A stretch of 45,621 nt of DNA from sequence record SRR31156797_3992; one strand, given 5' to 3'. Below, piece after piece: positions 27,893-37,071 of the stretch (position 1 is the stretch's first letter; the number at the start of each line of letters is the position of its first letter). The notes below the pieces were generated by a model. The model made no database searches, had not been told where the DNA came from, and saw only the letters and a list, made by a program, of their open reading frames with translations. Position numbers and translations under genes: made by a program.

Positions 27893-28786
27893 ATGAAACC
27901 AACATGGACAGGAGTTTATCCGGCAATTACAACAAAATTTACAAAGACAGGCGAATTAGATATTCCATTATTTCTTAAAAACATCGATTTTCAAATTGAG
28001 TGTGGTGTATCCGGTATTATTGTAGGGGGGTCTTTGGGTGAATCAAGTACCTTAAGTAAAGAAGAGAAACTAAAGCTAATTGAGGTACTGCAGCCATATC
28101 GTGATAAGATACCTGTAATCATGAATATTGCAGAATCCAGCACAGCCAGGGCTATTGAAGCGGCTAAAGAAGCTGAAGCTAATGGGGCAGACGGTTTAAT
28201 GTTGTTGCCACCATTATTGTATAAGCCAGATGAAGCAGAAACTGTGGCATACTTTACAGAGGTTGCGAATAGTACTAAATTACCCATTTTACTTTATAAC
28301 AACCCTGTAGATTACAAAGTAGAAATAACTTTATCTATGTTTGAAGATTTAAAAGAAGTGCCAAATATTGAAGCGGTTAAGGAATCAACTCGAGATGTTA
28401 CCAATGTAATTAGGATGCGAAATGCATTTGGTGGTCGATTTAAAATTATGGGAGGTGTTGATACCTTATGTTTAGAGGAGTTAATGTTAGGAGCTGATGG
28501 TTTAGTAGCCGGATTAGTGGCTGCTTTCCCTAAAGAAACGGTTGTATTACATGATTTGGCTAAAGAAGGAAAGTTTGACGAGGCTGTAGAGTTGTACAAA
28601 TGGTTTATGCCATTATTGGAAATGGATATTAAACCAAAGTTAGTTCAATACATCAAGTTAGCAGAAGTGTACACAGGTATTGGTTCTGAATATGTACGTG
28701 CTCCAAGAAAAGCTTTAGTTGGAGAGGAAAGAGAACAGACCATTGCTACTATTGAAACAGCTTTAGCTTCTCGACCTAAATTTTAA
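27893..28786 (+). CDS. DapA/NAL-family protein, probable 1-pyrroline-4-hydroxy-2-carboxylate deaminase (LhpC-like)
   Basis: WTGVYPAITTKF, GSLGE, LYNNP, Schiff-base VKES and LVQYIKL motifs; operon context. Confidence 0.85.
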   Translation: MKPTWTGVYPAITTKFTKTGELDIPLFLKNIDFQIECGVSGIIVGGSLGESSTLSKEEKLKLIEVLQPYRDKIPVIMNIAESSTARAIEAAKEAEANGADGLMLLPPLLYKPDEAETVAYFTEVANSTKLPILLYNNPVDYKVEITLSMFEDLKEVPNIEAVKESTRDVTNVIRMRNAFGGRFKIMGGVDTLCLEELMLGADGLVAGLVAAFPKETVVLHDLAKEGKFDEAVELYKWFMPLLEMDIKPKLVQYIKLAEVYTGIGSEYVRAPRKALVGEEREQTIATIETALASRPKF

Positions 28787-28802
28787 TTTAAAGAAACAGC
28801 TT

Positions 28803-30275
28803 ATGTCATCTTTAGAAATAAAAATAGACGAGGTTATGAATTTGGCATCTTTGGCTTTTACCGAATACCGAAAGCTTTCGGGAGCCATAAAAGCCAAATT
28901 CATTAAACAAATTACAGAGGAGATAGAACAGATTGGAGATGAGCTTATTCATACGGTAATGGAAGAAACTGCATTGCCTGAGGCTAGGGTTAGAGGTGAA
29001 AGAGGGCGAACTGTGAATCAGCTCCTTCAATTTGCAGAAATGATCGAAGAAGGGTCCTGGGTAAATGCCATCATAGAAGAGGGTAACCCTGATAGAGAGC
29101 CATTGCCTAAACCTGATTTAAGAAGAATGCTGATACCAATGGGGCCGGTGGTTGTATTTGGTGCGGGGAATTTTCCTTTGGCATTTTCAGTGGCAGGAGG
29201 AGATACAGCATCAGCCTTGGCTGGTGGAAATCCGGTAGTGGTAAAGGGGCATCCAGCTCACCCTAAGACAGGTAAGCTGGTGGCAGATGCCATTCTTAAA
29301 GCAGTCGAAAAATGCAATTTACCAAAGGGAACCTTCTCTTATATAGAGGATAGTAGTTATGATGCGGGGCAGTTGTTGGTTAAACACCCCCAAACAAAAG
29401 CGGTAGCATTTACAGGTTCAGAAAAAGGTGGACGTGCTTTATTTGATATTGCCAATCAGAGAGAAGAACCTATTCCGGTATTTGCAGAAATGGGAAGTAT
29501 TAATCCGGTTGTTGTTCTACCTAAAGCTCAGGAAAAGAAGTATAAGGAAATAGCAAAAAATCTGGTGGCTTCTGTCAATATGGGAGCAGGACAGTTTTGT
29601 ACTAATCCCGGACTGATTATTACGCAAAAGGAAGGAACTCTTGACTTGTTTCTTCAGGCATTAGGAGAGGAAGTGATGGCTGCTTCGCCAACCACCATGT
29701 ATAGTGAAGGTATTTTAAAGAACTATCAAACAGGGTTAAGTACTATACTGGCACAAGATGGAATTGCTACACTAAATCTTGAAAAGGTTGATATAAGTGG
29801 AGAGAAGGCTGTCCCGGTATTAGGAACAGTGGAGGCTTGTCATTTTATCAGTAACCCGGAAATGCACAAAGAAATTTTTGGTCCTTTTAGCTTAGTGGTT
29901 GTTTGCGATTCAGCAGATCAAATGGAAGAAGTAGCAAAGGTTTTAAAGGGTCAGCTAACTTGTACAGTTCATGCGCTTGAAGAAGAAATGGAAGATTACA
30001 AAGTGGTCATTGATGAACTGATGATGAGATGTGGACGAGTATTGTTTAATGGTGTTCCTACTGGGGTAGAAGTTTGTGCAGCGATGCAACATGGAGGACC
30101 TTACCCAGCTTCAACTGATGTTCGATTTACTTCTGTTGGAACCGAAGCAATTAAGCGTTTTGTTCGCCCTGTGAGTTATCAGGATTGGCCGGATAGTTTA
30201 TTGCCTTTGGAGTTACAAAGAGAGAATGTGTTAGGTATTTGGCGAAAGGTAAATGGTCGATTAACGAAAGATTAA
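28803..30275 (+). CDS. Aldehyde dehydrogenase, probable alpha-ketoglutaric semialdehyde dehydrogenase (LhpG-like)
   Basis: NFPLAFSVAGGDTASALA, KGHPAHP, FTGS, EMGSINP, GQFCTNPG, EIFGP and HGGPYPA motifs. Confidence 0.9.
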   Translation: MSSLEIKIDEVMNLASLAFTEYRKLSGAIKAKFIKQITEEIEQIGDELIHTVMEETALPEARVRGERGRTVNQLLQFAEMIEEGSWVNAIIEEGNPDREPLPKPDLRRMLIPMGPVVVFGAGNFPLAFSVAGGDTASALAGGNPVVVKGHPAHPKTGKLVADAILKAVEKCNLPKGTFSYIEDSSYDAGQLLVKHPQTKAVAFTGSEKGGRALFDIANQREEPIPVFAEMGSINPVVVLPKAQEKKYKEIAKNLVASVNMGAGQFCTNPGLIITQKEGTLDLFLQALGEEVMAASPTTMYSEGILKNYQTGLSTILAQDGIATLNLEKVDISGEKAVPVLGTVEACHFISNPEMHKEIFGPFSLVVVCDSADQMEEVAKVLKGQLTCTVHALEEEMEDYKVVIDELMMRCGRVLFNGVPTGVEVCAAMQHGGPYPASTDVRFTSVGTEAIKRFVRPVSYQDWPDSLLPLELQRENVLGIWRKVNGRLTKD

Positions 30276-30295
30276 ACAAAGAAACTTGATCAACT

Positions 30296-31312
30296 ATGGC
30301 GAAAAAAACTTTTTTCTGTATAGATGGGCACACATGTGGAAATCCGGTGAGAGTTGTTGCCGGAGGTGTGCCCCCATTAAAAGGGAAGTCAATTTCTGAA
30401 AAGCGCGAGCACTTCCTCAAGGAATTTGACTGGATTAGAACCGGACTCATGTTTGAACCGAGAGGTCATGAGCAAATGTCTGGAAGCTTATTGTTTCCTC
30501 CGGAAAATCCGCAAAACGACGCAGGTATTCTATTTATCGAAACCAGTGGCTGTTTGCCAATGTGTGGACATGGGACAATTGGAACGGTTACTATTGCTAT
30601 TGAAGAAGGATTGATCCTTCCGCAAACGCCAGGTAAACTAAGATTGGAAACGCCAGCAGGATTGGTTGTGGCCAACTATAAACAAAACGATAAAGGAAAA
30701 GTAACTTCAGTTAAGATTATTAATATTCCATCTTTTCTTTATGCGCGAGGATTGGATGTAAAGAGTTCAATTCTGGGAAATTTAAAGGTTGATGTAGCCT
30801 ATGGAGGTAATTTCTATGCCATTGTTGATGAGCAGGAAAACTATAGTGGGATGCATAAATTTACTGCAGATGAACTAATTTCTTATAGTGGAGAAATAAG
30901 GCAGTATTTAAATGATCATTACCAGTTTATTCATCCGGAGAATCCTAAAATTAATGGATTGAGTCATGTGTTGTGGACAGGAAATCCAATAAATGCAAAT
31001 GCAGATGCACGTAATGCAGTTTTTTATGGAGAAAAGGCTATTGATCGTTGTCCGTGTGGAACAGGTACTTCAGCAAGAATGGCACAGTGGTTTTCCAATG
31101 ACAAATTAAAAGTAGGAAGCTCATTTGTTCACGAAAGTGTTATTGGTAGCCAGTTTATTGGAACCGTAGAAGAATCACTAAAAGTAGGTGAGTATGATGC
31201 CATAATTCCGGGAATTGAAGGTTGGGCCAAAGTTACAGGCTATAATCATATTATTATAGACCCGGAAGATGATATTTATGCACATGGCTTTAGAGTGGTT
31301 GGTATGTTATAA
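30296..31312 (+). CDS. 4-hydroxyproline 2-epimerase (proline racemase family, LhpA-like)
   Basis: IDGHTCGNPVR, EPRGH, catalytic MCGHG and DRxPCGTGTSA, YGGNFY; operon context. Confidence 0.88.
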   Translation: MAKKTFFCIDGHTCGNPVRVVAGGVPPLKGKSISEKREHFLKEFDWIRTGLMFEPRGHEQMSGSLLFPPENPQNDAGILFIETSGCLPMCGHGTIGTVTIAIEEGLILPQTPGKLRLETPAGLVVANYKQNDKGKVTSVKIINIPSFLYARGLDVKSSILGNLKVDVAYGGNFYAIVDEQENYSGMHKFTADELISYSGEIRQYLNDHYQFIHPENPKINGLSHVLWTGNPINANADARNAVFYGEKAIDRCPCGTGTSARMAQWFSNDKLKVGSSFVHESVIGSQFIGTVEESLKVGEYDAIIPGIEGWAKVTGYNHIIIDPEDDIYAHGFRVVGML

Positions 31313-31351
31313 CTTTAAATAGAAGTTATTTCACTTTTTAAAAAATATTGA

Positions 31352-31430
31352 AGAAACTAGCTTTGGGCACTTCTCTCATAAGTTATCTTGGTTTTTTTAG
31401 GTTTTGATAAGAGAGAGTGAGCTGGTTTCT
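31352..31430 (+). other. Extended imperfect RNA hairpin in the intergenic region
   Basis: Pairings AGAAACTAGCT/AGCTGGTTTCT, CAC/GTG, TCTCTC/GAGAGA and TTATC/GATAA close a G/T-rich loop. Confidence 0.55.
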
Positions 31431-31535
31431 GAATAGACAATAAAACAAATTGAAACAAACCATGAGTAAAAAGTCCTGATGATAAAGGATAATTAAAATG
31501 GTGAGTTCCATGTGACAATTAAATATTTCAGACAC

Positions 31536-32777
31536 ATGAAAAAAGTACTCATTATAGGTGCCGGAGCAATTGGATTACATTGTGCTTATTATCTAAAAGA
31601 AATGGGGCACGAGGTTGAGATATTGGATGCCCGGGAAGAAAACGATTATTCAGCTTGCTCTTATGGTAATTGCGGCTTTATGGTTCCAAGCCATTTTTTA
31701 ACAATGGCATCACCAGCTATATTGAAAAGTGGTGTTCATATGCTATTTCAACCTAATGGACCAATTGCTTTTAATTTACTAAATAACCTCCAGCGAATGG
31801 GTTGGTTTATGAAGTTTACAGCAGCATCGTTAAAAAAAAATAAAGTAAAAAGAGCTATTCCTCTGTTATATGATCTGAATTATAAAAGCAATTTACTTTA
31901 CAAGCAATTTAATTGGGATAATGATTACCAAAGCAAAGGGTTATTGATGGTGTCAACTTCACACAAGGGGATGATTGAAGAATTGGAAGTTTCTAAGTTA
32001 GGGAATGAATTAGGTATTAAAACTGATGTACTAAATAATGAGGACTTAAATAAATTAGAACCAGATGTAGAGTTTAATGCATTAGGAGCGGTACTTTACC
32101 ATTCAGACGCTCATTTAAATCCCGCTAAGCATATGGAAGCGCTGGAATCTTGGTTGAAAGAAAATGGTGTGGTATTTCATTATGGACAATCTGTGAGTAA
32201 AATAGAGGTGCAAAAGGGTAAAATAAATGCGGTATTTTGTGGAGAAGATCAGTTTAAAGCTGATGAATACATACTAACGGCCGGCGTTGCATCTTATCAT
32301 TTAGCTAAAGATTTAGCTATTAATTTGCCAATCATTTCAGGTAAGGGGTATAGTATGGATTTTAACCAAGATTTACTAAACTTAAAAACACCTGTTATAT
32401 TAACGGATGAAAAAGTAGCCATATCTCCTTATGAAAATACAGTTCGTATAGGAAGTGGAATGGAGTTTAATGGATCGATAGGAAAAGTTAATTACAAAAG
32501 GGTTCAGGGAATATTGGATGCTACGCATAAAGTCATTCCTACATTTAAAAAACAAAATGCACAAGAGTTAGACTTGTGGGAAGGTCAGCGACCGCTTTCT
32601 GCAGATGGAGTACCTTTTATTGGACGAACAAAAAAGTATAGTAATTTAACCATTGGAGCTGGACATGCTATGATGGGGATGAGTCTGGCACCAATTACAG
32701 GTCAGATGATTGCCCGGATTATTCAAGGAGAAAAACAAGAAATTTCATCTCCGTTATTGTCCCCGGATCGATACTAG
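31536..32777 (+). CDS. FAD-dependent D-amino acid dehydrogenase, probable D-hydroxyproline dehydrogenase (LhpB-like)
   Basis: IIGAGAIG, SYGNCG, GKGYS, W.G.RP...DG.P.IG and GHAMMGMSLAPITG motifs. ATG 31536 preferred. Confidence 0.88.
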   Translation: MKKVLIIGAGAIGLHCAYYLKEMGHEVEILDAREENDYSACSYGNCGFMVPSHFLTMASPAILKSGVHMLFQPNGPIAFNLLNNLQRMGWFMKFTAASLKKNKVKRAIPLLYDLNYKSNLLYKQFNWDNDYQSKGLLMVSTSHKGMIEELEVSKLGNELGIKTDVLNNEDLNKLEPDVEFNALGAVLYHSDAHLNPAKHMEALESWLKENGVVFHYGQSVSKIEVQKGKINAVFCGEDQFKADEYILTAGVASYHLAKDLAINLPIISGKGYSMDFNQDLLNLKTPVILTDEKVAISPYENTVRIGSGMEFNGSIGKVNYKRVQGILDATHKVIPTFKKQNAQELDLWEGQRPLSADGVPFIGRTKKYSNLTIGAGHAMMGMSLAPITGQMIARIIQGEKQEISSPLLSPDRY

Positions 32778-32786
32778 TGTATTTAT

Positions 32787-32818
32787 TTTGTTCCGATAGT
32801 TTTTGCAGACTATCTTTG
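32787..32818 (+). promoter_or_regulatory. Bacteroidota promoter for xseA
   Basis: TTTG (32787-32790), a 20-nt spacer, then TATCTTTG (32811-32818). Confidence 0.65.
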
Positions 32819-32861
32819 TTGGCACTGTTTTGTTTTAAAATTCAACTCATAAAATTTATTC

Positions 32862-34232
32862 ATGTCCGATTCTGCATTATCACTGTTTGAGCTTAATCAA
32901 AAAATTAAAAATACAATACATTCTTCCTTTGCGGAAACGTATTGGGTAGTTGGAGAGATTAGCGAAATAAGGGAAGTAAGAAACGGACATTGCTATTTAG
33001 AACTGATAGGGAAAGATGAAAAAACAGAACAAATTGTAGCTAAATCAAGAGCGAATATTTGGGCCTATACCTACCGAATGATTAAACCTTACTTTTTATC
33101 GGCTACCGGACAAAATCTGGAATCTGGTATGAAAGTAATGGTCAGAGTTAGTGTTGATTTTCAGGAGGTATATGGCTTTAGTTTAAATGTTAGAGATGTA
33201 GATCCTACCTACACTTTGGGCGATATGGCTCAAAAAAAGCAGGCCATTCTGAATAAACTGAGCGAAGAAGGTGTGTTAAACATGAATAAGGAGTTGGATA
33301 TTCCTGTTGTTCCACAAAAAATTGCCGTTATATCTTCTCCAACCGCTGCCGGGTATGAAGACTTTTGTAATCAGTTAAATAATAATCCTAACGGGTATCA
33401 TTTTTACATTAAACTTTTTCCGGCTATTATGCAAGGTGATCAGACAGAAGAATCCGTCACTTCGGCTTTGGATCGTATTTATGAATATGAAGACTTGTTT
33501 GATCTTGTAGTTATCATTCGAGGAGGAGGATCGACCTCCGATTTAATGTGTTTCGATAATTACTGGATTGCCTATAATATTGCGCAGTTTCCTTTGCCTG
33601 TTTTTTCAGGGATTGGTCACGAAAGAGATGAAACAGTCGTAGATTTTGTTGCACACACAAGGTTAAAAACCCCAACAGCTGTCGCTGAGCATATATTAGA
33701 ATTGGTGGCAGATTTTGATGGTCGACTGGAATATTTGAAAGATGCAGTAATCAATACTACACGAGATATCATTTCAGAACATAAATCTACTTTTCAACAT
33801 GCTTCGGCCAGATTTAAGCCAATTGTGAATAGTGCCATCGCGGTTGAAAAAAATAAAATGGATAAGCTAATCCGACAGCTTAGTCATTCATCTATTCGAT
33901 TTATTGAACATCAAAAAAATAAATTACATCATTCTTGTCAGGATTTAAAGTTGGTTTCGCAAAAGTCTATCAACGATCAGAAAAGGTGGATAAATCAGTT
34001 ACCTGAGCGATTGGCAGGTCGTGTTAAGTACTTTGTAAGTCATCAACAAAGTCAATTGGATTTATGGACCAAAACCACACAATTACTCGATCCGGAGAAT
34101 ATCTTAAAAAAAGGATATTCCATCACATACCTAAATGGTAAAGCTGTAAAAAATGTAGAAGAAGTGAAAGCCGGTGATGTTATATCAACGAAGCTCGCAG
34201 ACGGAAGCATAGAAAGTAAGGTGATGGATTAA
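32862..34232 (+). CDS. xseA: Exodeoxyribonuclease VII large subunit
   Basis: WVVGEIS, GHCYLEL, MQG, RGGGS..DL, GIGHERD, TPTAVAE and L.KGYS motifs. Confidence 0.95.
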   Translation: MSDSALSLFELNQKIKNTIHSSFAETYWVVGEISEIREVRNGHCYLELIGKDEKTEQIVAKSRANIWAYTYRMIKPYFLSATGQNLESGMKVMVRVSVDFQEVYGFSLNVRDVDPTYTLGDMAQKKQAILNKLSEEGVLNMNKELDIPVVPQKIAVISSPTAAGYEDFCNQLNNNPNGYHFYIKLFPAIMQGDQTEESVTSALDRIYEYEDLFDLVVIIRGGGSTSDLMCFDNYWIAYNIAQFPLPVFSGIGHERDETVVDFVAHTRLKTPTAVAEHILELVADFDGRLEYLKDAVINTTRDIISEHKSTFQHASARFKPIVNSAIAVEKNKMDKLIRQLSHSSIRFIEHQKNKLHHSCQDLKLVSQKSINDQKRWINQLPERLAGRVKYFVSHQQSQLDLWTKTTQLLDPENILKKGYSITYLNGKAVKNVEEVKAGDVISTKLADGSIESKVMD

Positions 34233-34840
34233 TGCCAAAATTTGTCAATACCGGGATTTCTATCAGGAATGTTTTGAATGGCATTTTCCTGAAGATTCAA
34301 TTCAGCCAGTTGTTGCTCTTCAATCAATTCAAAAGGGAATGTATTCAGTTTGTTGTTTTTAAGATAAATGTTACAAATGGTTTCTGATTTTAGCAGGTGT
34401 TCACAACCTTCGCTTATCATGTTGTTGGTAAAATCGATGCTCATTAGGCCAGGACACGAGCTTAAAATAGAAGGAATTATTTTAAATTGATTGTCGCCTA
34501 AATAGAGCTTTTCTAACTGAGGTAAATCTTGAATAGAATCTGGTAATTCAGATATCTGATTAATACGAATGTCAAGACATTTTAAATGCTTTAATTGTGC
34601 GATTTCTTCAGGAATAGATTCTAGCTGGTTTTCTTGTATGTTAATATACTCAAGATGTTGTAACTGGAAGATAGCTTGGGGCCATTGGCCTTTTAATTGA
34701 AGTTTCGGGATACTCAAATGTGTTACCTGACCAAATTGGTTGGTTTGATAGCTTTTTAAAAACCATACTACTTTTTCAACATGTTTGAGTTTTCTGCCAA
34801 TCTGTTCTTCCAGTTGTTCTATAATCTGTGAGTCACCCAT
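34229..34840 (-). CDS. Leucine-rich repeat protein
   Basis: About six LxxLxLxxNxL repeats (LEYINIQENQL, LKCLDIRINQI, LEKLYLGDNQF, LAELNLQENAI). ATG 34840 preferred. Confidence 0.88.
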   Translation of the reverse strand: MGDSQIIEQLEEQIGRKLKHVEKVVWFLKSYQTNQFGQVTHLSIPKLQLKGQWPQAIFQLQHLEYINIQENQLESIPEEIAQLKHLKCLDIRINQISELPDSIQDLPQLEKLYLGDNQFKIIPSILSSCPGLMSIDFTNNMISEGCEHLLKSETICNIYLKNNKLNTFPFELIEEQQLAELNLQENAIQNIPDRNPGIDKFWH

Positions 34841-34951
34841 TTTGAATGTTTGAACATAAACAGTGTTCAATATTGAAAAAAAAACAGGATTTTACAAGGC
34901 TTCTATATGCTTACTTAAGTTTAAATAGAATATTATCGTCATATTCTTTGT

Positions 34952-34992
34952 AAAAAAAAGCTATTCCACTCAATAAACCGAGTGAAATAGCT
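34952..34992 (-). terminator. Rho-independent terminator of the TonB-dependent receptor gene
   Basis: Minus strand AGCTATTTCACTCGG-TTTA-TTGAGTGGAATAGCT followed by a T tract. Confidence 0.85.
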
Positions 34993-35019
34993 ACGATAGA
35001 TTATGCAGGGGTTAAATTA

Positions 35020-37071
35020 TTAGTCAGGTATAGTAAATCGGGTTTTAACGTAAAATCTCATACCTTCTGGTTGAACTGTACCGTATGTATTGCCGGCGTG
35101 TTCTCCATATGCAGGAACTCCATCTGTGTTATCCAAAAGATTAAGCGCACTAAGAGATACTTCCAGTTTGTCCCAGAATTTTTTTGATCTGATCGTTAAA
35201 TCCACAAAGCTTGTGCTGGCCTCTTTGTAGGTTGGGTTGTCATATGGTGTTGTACTGTATGGAATTCCGCTAATGGTGCGCAATGCCATATTTACTTTAA
35301 ATTTATTAAGTACATTATATTCAGCTCCAATGAAAGAATTAAACTTAGGAACAAATAAAGGTTCATTCGCATCATTATGTTTCTCTGAATCACTAGAACC
35401 TATCATTACTTCCGTATCTAAAGCGGAACCATTCCAATATAATAACAAGTCGTTTGTTAATTTACCATTTAATCCCCATTCAACGCCTTGAACTTTTAAA
35501 CCTCCCGTATTGGAAAAATAATTTAAACCTACTCCTTCAACTCTGGTAATTTGATTTTTAAGTTCTTGACGATATAGCGTAACATTATAACTTAATTTAC
35601 CAGATAAATTTCCCACAAGGGCAATTTCATGTGCTGATAAAGCTTCAGAATCAGGAAGTGGATTTGAACGCTCATTCGCTTGTGGACGACGAGGTGCCTC
35701 ATTAAAGAAATATTTAATTACATTGTTTTCATTCAAATTATAAATAGCTCCACCTCTGTAAAACACGATTACATCAGAGTTAACTCCGTCATCCTGATAA
35801 TCAAGTCTCGCCCCACCAATTAGTTTTAACTTATCGGTCAAACTGTAAGTGGCTTGAGCAAATATGTTATGGTAGGTAACATCACTTTCGTGATAAGTGG
35901 TACCAAACCAGTCAATACCATTATCAAGTGCAAACTTATGGTTGTTTGAGTACATGTTATTGCGGAACTGACCGAAAAAATCACCACCCATTGAAAGATT
36001 CAATTTATCTTTTAGTAAAAGAAAATTGGCATTAAAGCCCACATCTCTTTTCTGATCTCCTAAAGAAGCAATAGATTCAAAGTACCAAATTCGATTATAA
36101 AAATTGTGATACAATGAGATGTTCACTTTATCATTATTGATAGGTAAGTGATATTCCATTCTATAACATAGTACATTCAATTGATCATGTGGCTCAACAC
36201 CTGTAACATCTTGAAGTTCCTGGTAGAATTGATTTTTATCTTCATTAGTCCAACCATCTGCACCAAACCATAACTGAGGAGCAGAATGGTCATTATGATC
36301 TGCATACACCAAGGCTTTAAAATTTTTATATTTTACCTTACTCACAAATGAGTATGATGGTCTTACGCCATTTATTTTCCAGTCACTTCCTGTTCCAAAT
36401 GGATCTTTTTGAAGCTCATAATCCTGACCTTTTTGGTTAAAACCTATAAATAATTCACCCTCATTATCTTTAAAGGTGTGACCATACATGGCACTAATGG
36501 AATGTTGATTATAATTACCATATTGGGCCACTAATTCTGCCCCTTCTAAATCTGTTCTTAAATTAGTATTTATAAGACCAGCATTAGCGCTGCTACCCCA
36601 GGCTAAACCGGCAGGACCTCTAACTGCTTCCATATTCCCAAAAAATTCGGTTGGAAACGTAGAATGTCCAAAGTCAACAATAGGCATCAGTTCTATACTG
36701 TAACCATATCGCCAAACAGATTGCCAACCACGCGCCATTATGCCATATTGCCCATAGTAATCAGTATTATAAAACGTGTAGCCAGGAACACGGCCTAGGG
36801 TTTCTCCTAAATAACGCACGCCCCATCGATTAATTTCTTCTTTTGATATTTGGTATACAGACATGGGGGCTTCCGAAAGTTTTTCTTCTTGCTTTGATAT
36901 CCCGTAAATCGGCTGGTTCATTAATTCGACTAATTCTTCTAATGAAAGAAACTCTATATCTTCATCTTTCTCCTTACTTTGATTATTCTTCTCTTGTGCA
37001 TTTAAGCTTGTTGCAATAGAAGATACCGCGATCAGAATGCAAAGTGTAATCGTACCAAATTTTCTATTCAT
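35020..37071 (-). CDS. TonB-dependent outer-membrane receptor
   Basis: Signal peptide; plug domain (EAPMSV..IS..EI...L..VPG, EAVRGP....WGS.A.AG.IN); barrel strands; C-terminal NLLD and GMRFY box. Confidence 0.88.
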   Translation of the reverse strand: MNRKFGTITLCILIAVSSIATSLNAQEKNNQSKEKDEDIEFLSLEELVELMNQPIYGISKQEEKLSEAPMSVYQISKEEINRWGVRYLGETLGRVPGYTFYNTDYYGQYGIMARGWQSVWRYGYSIELMPIVDFGHSTFPTEFFGNMEAVRGPAGLAWGSSANAGLINTNLRTDLEGAELVAQYGNYNQHSISAMYGHTFKDNEGELFIGFNQKGQDYELQKDPFGTGSDWKINGVRPSYSFVSKVKYKNFKALVYADHNDHSAPQLWFGADGWTNEDKNQFYQELQDVTGVEPHDQLNVLCYRMEYHLPINNDKVNISLYHNFYNRIWYFESIASLGDQKRDVGFNANFLLLKDKLNLSMGGDFFGQFRNNMYSNNHKFALDNGIDWFGTTYHESDVTYHNIFAQATYSLTDKLKLIGGARLDYQDDGVNSDVIVFYRGGAIYNLNENNVIKYFFNEAPRRPQANERSNPLPDSEALSAHEIALVGNLSGKLSYNVTLYRQELKNQITRVEGVGLNYFSNTGGLKVQGVEWGLNGKLTNDLLLYWNGSALDTEVMIGSSDSEKHNDANEPLFVPKFNSFIGAEYNVLNKFKVNMALRTISGIPYSTTPYDNPTYKEASTSFVDLTIRSKKFWDKLEVSLSALNLLDNTDGVPAYGEHAGNTYGTVQPEGMRFYVKTRFTIPD

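Noticed and set aside
27893-28786. dapA (lysine biosynthesis)
   Set aside because: It has GSLGE rather than GTTGE, and the hydroxyproline operon context points to the deaminase.
30296-31312. Proline racemase of a Stickland D-proline reductase system
   Set aside because: No prd genes are nearby, and the neighbours match oxidative 4-hydroxyproline catabolism.
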